Below the pieces are notes generated by a model. That model did not search any database. It was given only the letters and a program-made list of their open reading frames with translations, and was not told the origin of the DNA. Both the position numbers and the translations under genes were made by a program. 64,000 bases of DNA from Raja brachyura (Eukaryota), in the NCBI GenBank assembly GCA_963514005.1, contig OY740794.1:60884001-60948000 (forward strand), written 5' to 3'. The first letter of the stretch is position 1. Every line of letters begins with the position of its first letter. This document shows positions 1 through 11,767 of the stretch, one piece after another.

Positions 1-1130
1 ATTCTCCGTAATATTCTCAGGAAGCAGAGGCGCTGATGTGCTTTCTTCATAATTGCATCAGTGTTGTGGGACCAGGAAAGATCTTCGGAAATATGCACGC
101 CCAGGAATTTGAAGCTATTGACCCTTTCCACCATCGACCCATTGATATAAATGGGACTGTGGGCCCCCATCCTACCCCTTCCAAAGTCCACAATCAGTTC
201 CTTGGTTTTGCTGGTGTTGAGAGCCAGGTTATTATGTTGGCACCATTCGGTCGATCTCACTTCTATACTCTGACTCGTCTCTATCAGTGATACGTCCCAC
301 AACAGTGGTGTCGTCGGCGAACTTGATGATGAAGTTTGCAATATGACCGGCTACGCAGTCATGAGTATGGCAGGGGGCTGAGCACGCAACCTTGAGGTGC
401 TCCCGTGTTGATTGTTATCGAGGCTGACACATTTCCACCAGTACGAACAGACTGTGGTCTGCGAATGAGGAAGTCGAGGATCCAATTGCAGAGGGATGTG
501 CAGAGACCCAGGTCTGAGAGCTTAATAACCAGTTTGGAGGGGATGATTGCAGTAAATGCCGAGCTGTACTCAATGAATAACAGCTTGACATATGAGTGTT
601 TGTTGTCCAAGTGGTCCAGAGCGAAGTGGAGTGCCAGCGAGATCGCATCCACCGTTGATCTGTTGTGGCGGTAAGCGAACTGCAGTGGGTCCAGGTTTTT
701 GTCGAGGTATGAGTTGATTTGTGCCATGATCAGCCTCTCAAAGCACTTCATCACCACAGACGTTAGTGCCACTGGTCGATAGTCATTGAGGCACATCCCC
801 TTGCTGTTCTTGGGCACCGATATTATTGATGCCCCTTTAAAACAGGTGGGTACCTCAGACGTCAGAAGTGAGAAGTTGAAAATGTCCATAAAAACTCCAG
901 CCAGTTGGTCCACACAGGTTTTCAGAACACGACCGGGTATACCATCAGGTCCAGGCGCTTTCCGACCGTTCACCCCTCTGAGGGATTTTTTGATGTCGAC
1001 CTCTGTGACTGTGACTGTGACCGAAATACCATCACGGCGAATGGGGGCTCGGGAAGGCACATCAGTATTCTCCCTATCAAAGCGTGCGTAGAACACATAG
1101 AGCTTGTCAGGGAATGATGCTTCGCTGACA
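1..1130 (-). mobile_element. Rex1/Babar-type non-LTR retrotransposon fragment (reverse transcriptase, disrupted)
   Basis: ORF 359..1096(-) has RT motifs KAPGPDGIPGRVLK, CLNDYRPVALTSVVMKCFERL, LDPLQFAYRHNRS, GAPQGCVLSP. RT similarity continues past the stop (ANFIIKFADDTTVVG) to the window edge. Confidence 0.9.
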
Positions 1131-1359
1131 TTTTTTCCTGATTTCGCCCTTCTTTCATGTTCTCCAGAGATGCTGTCGGACCCGCTGAGTTACTCCAGCA
1201 CTTTGTCTCCATGCATGTATAGATGCTCCTGTTTTTTAATAAATCACCAAAAAGGAGAACCCAAAAAGAAATCAGTATCCTTTGGAATTTTATAACAAGC
1301 CTATGTTTTTTCTTTAAGTGAATCACACTGCACGCAAAATACAACATTTTTAGGCAGAT

Positions 1360-1685
1360 TAAAACATAGAGCAGAGAACCATACAGCACAGGAACAGATC
1401 CTTCAGCCCACAATGTCTGTCTATCGTGTCTACGCCTCTCATAATGTTATATACTTTTATTAGGGCTCCACTCAATCTCCAACACGCCAGAGAAAATAAT
1501 ATAAGTTTGTCCAATCTCTCCTTATAGTTAATACTCTCTAATTCAGACCACACTCTGATAAACTTCTTCTGCACCCTCTCTACATCCTTTATGTAACGGA
1601 GGGAACAGAGCTGCACGCAGTGCTGCAAATGTGGTCTAACCAAAGCCCGATAAAGCTGCAACATGACTTCCTGAATGATGAAGGC
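1360..1685 (-). mobile_element. Old CR1 LINE 3' fragment
   Basis: ORF 1359..1664(-) LQLYRALVRPHLQHCVQL...ERVQKKF...YKERLDKL is a degenerate CR1 ORF2 C-terminus. Confidence 0.8.
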
Positions 1686-1937
1686 AAATGTATATTCCTA
1701 GAATTAACTGTGGATTAAATTTACAGTGTACTTCTCCTCACGATGTGAACTTGGCAAAAGGTGTTGGAATGTATGTCATGGTTTAAGGGAAGAATCCACA
1801 TGCTAAGTTATTTAAGAATAGATCTGAAAGTCTAAATTCTGGCATTATGTTTGAATACCTGAATCCACACAATGTATAGCCACCGCATGTACACATATAA
1901 TTTAATGTAATATCATGGCTACTAGACAATCTATCTA

Positions 1938-2690
1938 TCTATATATTACNNNNNNNNNNNNNNNNNNNNNNNNNNNNNNNNNNNNNNNNNNNNNNNNNNN
2001 NNNNNNNNNNNNNNNNNNNNNNNNNNNNNNNNNNNNNNNNNNNNNNNNNNNNNNNNNNNNNNNNNNNNNNNNNNNNNNNNNNNNNNNNNNNNNNNNNNNN
2101 NNNNNNNNTCCTGAAATTATGCCAAATGATACACGATAGCACTACACAATTTGCACCACCCTACTCATCATTGTCCTGTGATGGTCTGTGTAAAGGTTTG
2201 TTCAGATTGATGTTATATTTCACAAGTAATTTCAATGTTTTTAATTTAAAAAGTCTAGATTTGACAAAAAAAATCTTCACTCTGCAGCTATATCTGCAGC
2301 TATGACTTCACAATGCTACAATGTTGCAATTTCGGCACACTCAGTCCTGCCAGGCTGCCAGCACTACAATATTGCTATCCCTTTTTTTATATTCCTGGCA
2401 GCAAGTATATTCCTGGCAGCATGGAGGGAGGGTGCATTTAAAAAATATATTTTAAAGTCACAGTACACTGAATTTTGAATACAGTGAAATGAGCACCTCC
2501 TGCACAGTTGGGGGCCATGAGTGAGTGCTGGAATATAGGGGACGGGTGAGTACTGGAATATTGCATTGGGGAACGGGTTGCATTGGGGGACCAGGCCTGT
2601 GAGTGGTGGAATATTGCGTTGGGGAACGGGTTGCGTTGGGCGACGAGGTCTCCCATGTGAAAGGGACCCAACGGGTCACAGTTGGTCTAG
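1938..2690 (+). mobile_element. Non-autonomous Helitron, copy 1 of a head-to-tail pair
   Basis: Begins A|TCTATATATTAC. Ends with hairpin GGGACCCAACGGGTCAC then TTGGTCTAG. Internal minisatellite GGAATATTGCGTTGGGGGAACGGGTTG. Confidence 0.75.
1950..2108. other. Assembly gap (159 N)
   Basis: Run of N inside the first Helitron-like copy. Confidence 1.
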
Positions 2691-3408
2691 TATATATTAC
2701 TAAAACTCTCGTCTTGTTTGGATGTGTGCGTGCCTGCGTGCGTGTGAGTGATTGAGCTCCTGGAACTGCGCCAAAAAGGTACACAAAGCGCTGACATTTT
2801 TGCACCACCTTACCCTTGTCCCAAGGTTGTCTGTGCCAAGTTTCGTTCAGATTGATGTTATATTTCACAAATTATTAACATTTTTAGATTAACAAAACCA
2901 AAATTTGAGATAAATGTCTTCCCTGTCCTTACAGCTATGACATCATAATGGGATTGTAGCCCTGCTCGTAACATTGTTGTTATCCAAGTACACTGAGTCC
3001 TGCTAGCCCTAGCAGGTGTAAATGCATTTTTCTTAGTCACAGTACACTGAATTTTGTTAAAAGATTAAAATGAGGGAGGATGAATAAGGCAAAATGAGCA
3101 GCCACTGCGCAGTTGGGGGCTATGGGTGAATGGTGGAATATTGTGTTGGGGGAAAGGGTTGCGTTGGGGAAACGGGTGAGTGGTGAAATATTGCCTTGGG
3201 GAACGGGTTGCGTTGGGGGGGCCAGGCCTTCCGTGGGGGCTATGGATGATTGCTATAATATTGCGTTGGGGGAACGGGTTGTGGTGAGGGACCAGGCCTC
3301 CCATGGGGGTTATGGGTGAGTGGTGGAATATTGTGTTGGGGGAACGTGTTGCGTTGGTGGACCTGGCCTCCCGTGTGACAGTGACCCAATGAGTCCCACT
3401 TGGTCTAG
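2691..3408 (+). mobile_element. Non-autonomous Helitron, copy 2
   Basis: Starts TATATATTACTAAAACTCTC directly after the CTAG of copy 1, followed by a (GTGC)n microsatellite and the same minisatellite. Ends GTGACCCAATGAGTCCCACTTGGTCTAG|T. Confidence 0.75.
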
Positions 3409-4929
3409 TCAATACTAAAATTAAAAACAAATCATTCATAGATAAAATTAATAATTCATCATTTATTTTAGACTGAGCACGTTACACTAACTTGCATTTC
3501 TTTCATCAGAAAATGTTCAACTATTTCAATAAAAATTGCAGTCCTCGACATTTTCAAGCTGAAAATTGTCGATTTCAATTAACTTTGAATGTTATTCAAT
3601 GGACCTACTTCAAAATATTCTTGAAATAATCTTTTAAAGGCAGGTACCATGAACATTCTGGAAACGCTGATGACAAAACCATCACTGAAGCATGTTCATT
3701 TTGTTGTTTCAGACAGATAACCCTTAACCAGGTATTTTCGTAAGAAAAACATTCTGTACTGTTAGATTTAAATTGATGTCCATTATAAACATTGCTTGTA
3801 ACCTCCAGTAACTACAGATAGGTAAAATTACTTGTCAATTGAAGTCAAGGCTGTAATCCACATAAGCAGCTAACTATTATTAAAGGATTCGAGTGCTGCC
3901 AATAGTCTACTTGAAATAATATGCTGAAGTAACATCAAGTTGCAGCGTGTGTTGACATTTTGACAAGTGACCAGTTTATGTAAGTTCTCTTATACGGAAG
4001 CTTGCAATAATCTACGTCAGTGGGTGCAGGGGTCAAGATACTGTATCAATCTCATTTGGAAATCTCTATTGGAAAATTCATGTGTTCCGGCTGCAGCTTC
4101 TCTCTGAATTTTAACATCAAGCGGTATTCCTAGATTGTGTTGTTTGCATTTTATTTTGATAAATTAGTGTAAAAGGATTTTTTCAAGGTGCGCATGTGCT
4201 ACAAAACACAAAAAATCCCTCTTTTCCAATTAAGCCAACATAATATCAAATGGCATAATTTAAACTAACATGTTCTTTGCTTGACTTTTAATTTTGACAC
4301 ATTTTTATTTTGACACATTTTTATTTGGCCACTGGCCTTTTTCCACAGATTCTCTCCTCTTTCTTTTACAGTTTGGATAAGATTATTCACAAGCTGTGCG
4401 TCGTTCTTCCTGTACCTGAAACATCTGCTCCCTAAAGATCATCCACTCTTCCACTGCAGCTTTTCCTGTCAATCCTTTTGTTCCCATTCTCCCCTTGACT
4501 TGATTGTCTCTCATCCCATTGCCTCTTTGAATTTAGAAGTTCTATTTTAAATACACTTTTTCATTACTAATTTAAATTGTTATGGTGCAATTATCACTTT
4601 CATCCAAGTGTTCTCACATTGACACTTGAGCCACTTGACTTATCTCATTTTCATCACCAGATTTAGTTCTGACTATATTACATATATTAATGCTAAACTT
4701 ATTTTTGTATTGTAATTGTTCTAGGTCTTCCCTGATCTACAATTCCCAGTACTATCCAACACTTCAAACATTTATGCGACTTGTTCCCCTTTCCTGTTCC
4801 CTTGTGCTGAAGTTTGTTTTGCCGCCAAGTTAGAATTAACTCTCTGTAACGATATTGGTGGAAGACATTTGAGGTGCAGCACAACTTTATTGAGTGGTGT
4901 TTATTTCCCCAGACTGGCCATTGGTTCTC

Positions 4930-5065
4930 CTTATGTGCAGGAAAGAACTGCAGATGCTGCTTTCAACCGAAGATACAAAAAGCTGGAGTAACTCAGTGCG
5001 TCAGACAGCATCTCTGGAGTAAAGGAATAGGTGATGTTTTGGGTCGAGACCCTTCTTCAGACCTG
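4930..5065 (-). repeat. Penelope-derived terminal-repeat fragment
   Basis: GGAAAGAACTGCAGATGCTG...GCTGGAGTAACTCAG...GGGTCGAGACCCTTCTTCAGAC, shared with the ends of the Penelope elements at 18.1 and 38.1 kb. Confidence 0.7.
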
Positions 5066-5074
5066 AAATACACC

Positions 5075-5420
5075 TTTAGTTTATGAGTGGTCCATTCAAA
5101 AGTCTGATTATAGCAGGGAAGAATCCTTTCTTCACCCTGGTGGTCCATCCTTTCAGGCATTTGTATCTTCTGCCCATTGGGGTGTGAGTGGTCATTGATA
5201 ATGTTTTCCGAGGCAGTGTGGCGTAGGTGGATTTGATGGGGGGGAAAGGCTGGTTTGCATGCTTTACTGGATGTATCAAAACTCTGCAGTATCTTGCGGT
5301 ATTGGACAGAGCAGTTGCCATACAAAGCTGTGATGCATCCAATAGAACGTTTATATGGTGCATCTGTGGAAATTCATAACAATTATTGGAGACTTGCTGA
5401 ATTTCCTTAGTCTTCAGAGG
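5075..5420 (-). mobile_element. Rex1/Babar-like LINE 3' fragment
   Basis: Minus-strand translation ...PMGRRYKCLKGWTTRVKKGFFPAIIRLLN is the typical Rex1/Babar ORF C-terminus. Confidence 0.7.
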
Positions 5421-6353
5421 AATATATATTTAGTTTTAATTATTGGTCATGTTTTCATGACCAAATAATGGAGGCAAAATATAAAAATCTATTATAGATT
5501 TTCAATTACATGCTTAATTTAATAGAAATTTGGTACTAGTTGAGGAAAATAATTTATTGAACTTATAGGTATTACAATAAAGTGGAATTAATCATAATCT
5601 GCTTTCGAGGCATAAACTAGATAATTACACTTTCATTTGTTTGTTGATTTGCTGGCACCGACAGCGAGGGAGGTTTCAACGTTCTGTCAATCTTGAGAAT
5701 TGAAAGATAATAGACAACTAATATTATGATTGAATGGTAAAAATAAACCTGATTTCTTTGAAGTTGGAAAATCAATAGCCTATTAGACTCATCAAAAGGA
5801 AAATGCTGTCCTGCTAGTACCAGGCCATGCTAATTAACCAGCCACGGAGATGGAAGAGGGCCTGGAGAATTGAAATGCTAATGAGAATTCAGCTCTGATA
5901 AACAAAGTCCTTGCCACATAAGGCATACTGACAGACAATTACATTTTTTTTATCGATGCTTCATTCCTAAGACTACATTTTTATGTACCAGCTATAAAAT
6001 GCAAGGGTATGTTGCAATATATCTGTGCATCTCTGGTCTTGGATATCTATTCCTCTTAGGTAGTTGAACAGCAAATAATTTTAACACAAATATTAAGATA
6101 TCACAAAAGGATTCATCAATAGCAGAACAAGAGTGAAAATTAGTTTCATCCCAGTTTTAATCATTTTGATAACATTGCTTATTTTTAACAAAGATAACTT
6201 TGTAATAGGAATGTTTCACTTTTTATTTTAAGGAGTATATTTATTATACTGTATAGTGTGGTGCAGTATAACGTAGAAATAAATTGGCCAACAGTAAATG
6301 CTTGTCTTTGCTGATTTGTCAGTTAAATGTCAGTATTCATGCAGAGGGTTTTT

Positions 6354-6690
6354 AAGAAGGAACTGCAGATGATGGAAAAATCAAAGGTAGACAAAAATGC
6401 TGGAGAAACTCAGCGGGTGAGGCAGCATCTATGGAGCGAAGGAATGGGTGACGTTTCGGGTCGAGGCCCTTCTTCAAACTGATGTGGGGTTGAGGGGGCG
6501 GGAAGAAGAAAGGAAGAGGCGGAGACAGTGGGCTGTGGGAGAGCTGGGAAGGAGAGGGGAAAGAGGGAGAAAACAAGGACTACCTGAAATTGGAGAAGTC
6601 TATGTTCATCGGCAGGTTGGGCCGATGTATGAACATTGACTTCTCCTCTACCTTTCACCCGCTGAGTTTCTCCAGCATTTTTGTCTACTT
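6354..6690 (-). mobile_element. Penelope-like element 3' end with inverted terminal segment
   Basis: Terminal repeat GTAGACAAAAATGCTGGAGAAACTCAGCGGGTGA (~6388) and its reverse complement (~6655-6689) enclose the end of the PLE ORF. Confidence 0.75.
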
Positions 6691-7197
6691 TAATGCAGAG
6701 GGTGGTGGGAGCTTCCAGATGAGGTAGTTGAGGCAGGTACTGTAACAACATTTTGAAAATATTTAGACAGTTATATGGATAGGAAAGGTTTATGGGCCAA
6801 ATTAGCGCAGATGGAGCATCTTGGTAAGCATGGGCAGGTTGGGCCAATGGTCTGTTTCCATGTTGTACGACTGACTTTCTGTAACTATCATGTTTTTTGG
6901 ATCATTTCTGGAATGTGGCCATTCCTAATATATTTTGCCTATTCCTAATTGCCCTCAAAATGATGGTACCTTCTTGAATTGCCAGCATATGATGATGCTT
7001 CCTGCTAATTCGAAAATTCCAGATTTTTTTTAGTGACAACGAAGAAAATATGGTCGATGAACAAGTCAAGATAACAAACTAAAAACATAAAGTGCTGGAA
7101 AGAGCCAACAGGCCAGGCACCATCTGTTCAAAGGGAAGAAAAATAATATTTCAGATCAAAGACACTTCTGACAAAGATCCTTCTGATGAAGGATATT

Positions 7198-7735
7198 AAA
7201 CATAGAAACATAGAAATTAGGTGCAGGAATAGGCCATTCGGCCCTTCGAGCCTGCACCGCCATTCAATATGATCATGGCTGATCATCCAACTCAGTATCC
7301 CGTACCTGCCTTCTCTCCATACCCTCTAATCCCCTTAGCCACAAGGGCCACATCTAACTCCCTCTTAAATATATCCAATGAACTGGCCTCAACTACCCTC
7401 TGTGGCAGAGAGTTCCAGAGACCCACCACTCTCTGTGTGAAAAAATTCCTTCTCATCTCGGTCCTAAAGGATTTCCCCCTTATCCTTAAGCTGTGACCCC
7501 TTGTCCTGGACCTCCCGAACATCGGGAACAATCTTCCTGCATCTAGCCTGTCCAACCCCTTAAGAATCTTGTAAGTTTCTATAAGATCCCCTCTCAATCT
7601 CCTAAATTCTAGAGAGTATAAACCGAGTCTATGCAGTCTTTGTTCATAAGACAGTCCTGACATCCCAGGAATCAGTCTGGTGAACCTTCGCTGCACTCCC
7701 TCTATGGCAATAATGTCCTTCCTCAGATTTGGACC
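7198..7735 (-). mobile_element. CR1 (HER1-type) LINE 3' end
   Basis: PNLRKDIIAIEGVQRRFTRLIPG...GYGEKAGTGY followed by the 3' UTR and a (CTATGTTT)n tail. Confidence 0.92.
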
Positions 7736-8038
7736 TGAAACATTAGATGTTCTCTTTCTCCAGATGTTACCACTCATGCTGAGCCTGTTCCTTCTGACCA
7801 GGTGCTTTTTGGTGTTAAAGGGCATTAGATTGAGAATTGCAGTGGTGCATCTTGTGGATGTTAAAGGGAATGAATGTTTAAGTTGTTGGATTGGTTGAGG
7901 TTTTGGTTCAGGTTTATTATTGTCATTTGTCGAGGTGCAGTGAGAAGCTTTGTTTTGCATGCAGTCCAAACAGATCAGATGTTAAGTGTTAAGATGTTCA
8001 GATGTTAATACTATTAAGTCAAACTCAAGTACAATAGA

Positions 8039-9073
8039 TAGCAATGTTACAAAATTTTGAGATTTTAAAAATCAAGTCTGCAATTTATCCCATCAGATAA
8101 AGCATAAAAAGAAGTTTAATTTGACACCTAATTTACTTTCATATCTTCAGTATTAAGAAAGTTATGGCCATTTTCATACTCGGAAATGAGCATCTTGCTT
8201 CCCATTTGCTTTCAATTGACTTAACTCAAAAGCTGTGATCTGGAAAAGTTAAAAGTCCATAACATTCTTAAAAATTAAGAGAACTCAACGAAATTTTCAG
8301 TTATTATAGATTGAAGCATTCTGAAACAAATATTAAACAATCTTACTTGGATTACCTGAAATTAAAGCATATAATTAGTTAGTTATCTAATTGTAGCTAA
8401 TTACAAAATTCAATGAGTAGATCTAAACATCTATCCATTTCTTAAGAAAAGATAAACTTTTTAAAAATTGCCTAAGTGTCCAAATAACATTCACACAATA
8501 ATCCACAATATAACATAATTTTTAAATCTAATTTTCATGAATTTCTGGGCCAAATGGAAGGAATTTAGTGTTTTATGCCTGTAAATTAATGGCCACTTAA
8601 ATCAACTAGCGAGTGGGTTTTAGTAGAATGCGGTGGATTTGAACGTTGCGGTTAGCAGTGAAGTCGGGGGGAAAAATACTGGGGGTTCATACATTTTTTG
8701 GGGACCCCATTTCGCAACATAAAAATATTATTAATGCCTCCCGAAAAACCAACTTTTAATATAAAAATAAAGTATTTACCTTTTTTTCTCCCCTACGCAA
8801 AATGCTTCCGGTTGTCTGCGCTCACGGCTTTTGAAGGTGATTTTTAAATTACTCTAGTTAATAAATAATCTAGAGTAATTTAAAAATACCACCATTCATT
8901 AAATGTCGGAGCGATTTTTCTTCAGCAACCAAATCGCCCGACATTCATCGATTATCCAGGCCTGTGGAAAAACGGCACTTTAAGCCCGCCCCCCTCTGCA
9001 AGGCGCGAAAGTCGCGCACACGGGGAGCGGCAGAAGTGCAGCGCCGCTAAAGGTAAGTTTTGTAACATACCTA
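8039..9073. mobile_element. Non-autonomous TIR DNA transposon, superfamily unassigned
   Basis: TIR TAGCAATGTTACAAAA / TTTTGTAACATACCTA (14 of 16 match). Flanking direct repeat TACAATAGATAG at 8030-8041 and 9072-9083 overlaps the ends. No ORF. Confidence 0.85.
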
Positions 9074-9294
9074 CAATAGATAGGGGGCTTTCAATTTGCC
9101 TGCTTTGTTTTCCATTTATGCTCATGCCTGCAAACAGTGGAAATATTTGCTAAACTTGGATTATTTTCATTTATGAATTCTTATAAATAGGGTTTATATA
9201 TGTAATGACTGTTGTTTTCATTTTAGGAATATTGTGAAATGTTGCCTATTCCACGTCAATTATCAAGATTTTTAGATCTGATTAGAATCCAATT

Positions 9295-9430
9295 CTTCTT
9301 CCTTCGTGAGGCGTGCACAGGCTAAAGTCGTAGGACAACTTGTTCTATTTGATCTTCTGTTTGTGCACGTCGAGTTGATTGCATTAGTCGAAACAGGGCT
9401 GACCACGTGAAGGTTGCAATCTTCCACCCC
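9295..9430 (-). mobile_element. ~135-bp HDV-ribozyme-headed retroposon, copy A
   Basis: (AAG)n tail at 9295. TSD AGAATCCAATT/AGAATCCCATT (9284-9294, 9431-9441). Homologous copies at 11768 and 32902. Confidence 0.88.
9377..9430 (-). ncRNA. Minimal HDV-like ribozyme (copy A)
   Basis: GGGGUGG(P1) AA GAUUGCA(P2) ACC(P3) UUCACGU(L3) GGU(P3') CAGCCCU(P1') G UUUCGA(short P4) CUAA(J4/2 with catalytic C) UGCAAUC(P2'). Confidence 0.82.
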
Positions 9431-9690
9431 AGAATCCCATTGAATCAGTAGAATTAGTTTTGAATTTGGCTGTTTCCTTCCATCCAGCAGGCCTTATGTG
9501 GTGAACATGTTTATCTAGAATGTTGGAGCAGGTTCTAGTAATCATGTTTAGACCCTGCACAGTCTGTTGTAGTTATAGTAGAAAGCCTCCTCTGAATATG
9601 CCATATTGTTGGGTGAACAGACATGTAACCAAAAATAAAGAAACTTTGAATTCCTGTTCATTTTATGGTCAGTGGTATTTTATCCTCTTA

Positions 9691-10164
9691 AGGGCCTGTC
9701 CCACTAGCGCGCGATTAGACGCGACAAGCGCGACAAATTCGGACGCGGGGGTCGCATGGGGGTCAGGCGATCCCGGTGCGAGTGAAGGGCCTGTCCCACT
9801 AGCGCGCGATTATACGCGCGACGTCCGAAGGAAGGACGTTATTTTTCATCACGTGACGATGCGCATGAGCATGCGCGTTGCACGACGTCGGGCAGTGACG
9901 TCATCACGCAACGCCACGCTGAAGACGCACAACGTCAAAACGTCATCACGTTAATCACGTTCTGCGCGACAGGATTTTGCCGCGCGTAATTTTTTAAGCA
10001 GTGTCGGTTTTTGGACACTACGCGCGATGTCGACACCAGCTACACACAACTCGACGAGACTCCGGCGATCGCAGTGGGACAGGGTCACGCGAGGCCGGGC
10101 GACTAAAGCGACCACGGTAGGTCGCGCTTGTCGCGTCTAATCGCGCGCTAGTGGGACAGGCCCT
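9691..10164. mobile_element. PIF/Harbinger-type MITE
   Basis: Perfect 44-bp TIR AGGGCCTGTCCCACTAGCGCGCGATTAGACGCGACAAGCGCGAC. TTA TSD at 9688-9690 and 10165-10167. CpG-rich. Confidence 0.93.
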
Positions 10165-11767
10165 TTACCTAACATAATCACTTAGCAATTGGCAATATTT
10201 CTCTTTTAGTTTCAAATCGTCCTCAGCTGCCCCAGCAGTCTCGGATATTCAGAATATATCAGCATTCCTGAAACGCACAGTACCTAAAGTGCTATGATGT
10301 TAACCTATAGGGCTAGCGAATGTAACGCACAAGGAAACGCACTATAACATGGAATTGAGCAGGTGACCGACATCAGTCCTGACAGTGGAACTCATTTTTG
10401 TTTGTGTGGTAAAATTGTTTGTTCTTGAGCTTGGTTGTGGACATTTACTCTTTGTTAATTTAACGAAATGTGTAATAAGTTTCAATTCACCAGTGTTAAG
10501 CCCTAACACGACAAGATCTCAGGTGTCTCAGGTGAGAATATAACCATCTGGCAAATATTACCACCTTTATTCCACCTCCATCTCTCTCACTATTCATTAG
10601 CTTCATATTGCTGCAGAGATATTGGATTTGTTGTATAGTCATTGACATTATTGCTGAACCTTCATGTTAAGCTTTATAAGCCATGTAATTCAGTTTCCGA
10701 AATTGTATCAATTCAATTCAATTTGGTAACATTGTACATGAAAACTTTATATTTCGTCATCAGCAATTCATTTGAAAACACCCACATCAATCTGGATTGG
10801 AACATTCAACATCTGTCATTTCTTGTGGCCAAGTGGAAGTGGTGATGAGAGACTGTGAAACAGCTCTTTGATATATTTTCTGTTTCCATTGTCACAAAGC
10901 TACAGAGATACAGTCTGTTAATCTTTGCTCTCTCTGGGCCTACGTTCAAAGCTTCAGCAATTTAAAAAAAAAGAAAACCAATAGCCAAAAAATACCTTGA
11001 TCCTTGGAATAGTATTTAATTTGGCAGGTCGATTTTTTTCAGTGCCGACACATTCAAACTTTCGACTGTGCACAAAGCCTGAGGTGCTCTGCACATGCTG
11101 TGTTGAAAAGCTTTTAATCTCCAATTCACCATTATAGATATTCGATTGGCTTCTTATTTGGAGTCAGTGTTTCCACTTTGAAGGAAATTACCAGAAATTT
11201 GGGAAATTTTGGTTGTCTTCGGGTAATTTTAGGGAAATTATATAATTTCCGGAAATTTCCCAACCCTGAATGCCTTCCCCAGCTGCGCATGTGCGACTGC
11301 CGCCCCAACTGAGCACGCATGGATACCCAGCCCACTGCACACGTGCGGAGATACACAAAGGGATTTGTGGGAAAAAAACAGTTGGTGGAACATATGAGGA
11401 ACATTTTTCCTGCATCTAGCCTGTCCAATCCCTTAAGAATTTTATATGTTTCTGTAAAATCCCCTCTCATCCTTCTAAATTCCAGTGAATATAAGCCCAG
11501 TCGATACATTCTTTCATCATAGGACAGTCCCGCCATCCCGGAAATTAACCTGGTGAACCTATGCTGCACTCCCTCAATAGGAAGAATGTCCTTCCTCAAA
11601 TTAGGAGACCAAAACCGCACACAATACTCCAGGTGTGGTCCCACCAGGCCCCCGTACAACTGCAGCAGGATCTTTGCTCCTACACTTAAATCCTCTCGCA
11701 ATGAAGGCCAACGTGCCATTTGCCTCATAGCATCCTCCTATCAGCTAACACTGCCGCCCAGCTTTGT

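Noticed and set aside
1915-2142. ORFs spanning X residues
   Set aside because: Artefacts of the N gap.
2520-3360. Regularly spaced repeats resembling a CRISPR array
   Set aside because: Eukaryotic context, no unique spacers and no cas genes; this is a Helitron-internal minisatellite.
11165-11395. Short GGAAATTT-rich segment with CAGTGTTTCC...CCCAACCCTG ends
   Set aside because: Possibly a hAT remnant, but TIRs and TSD could not be established.
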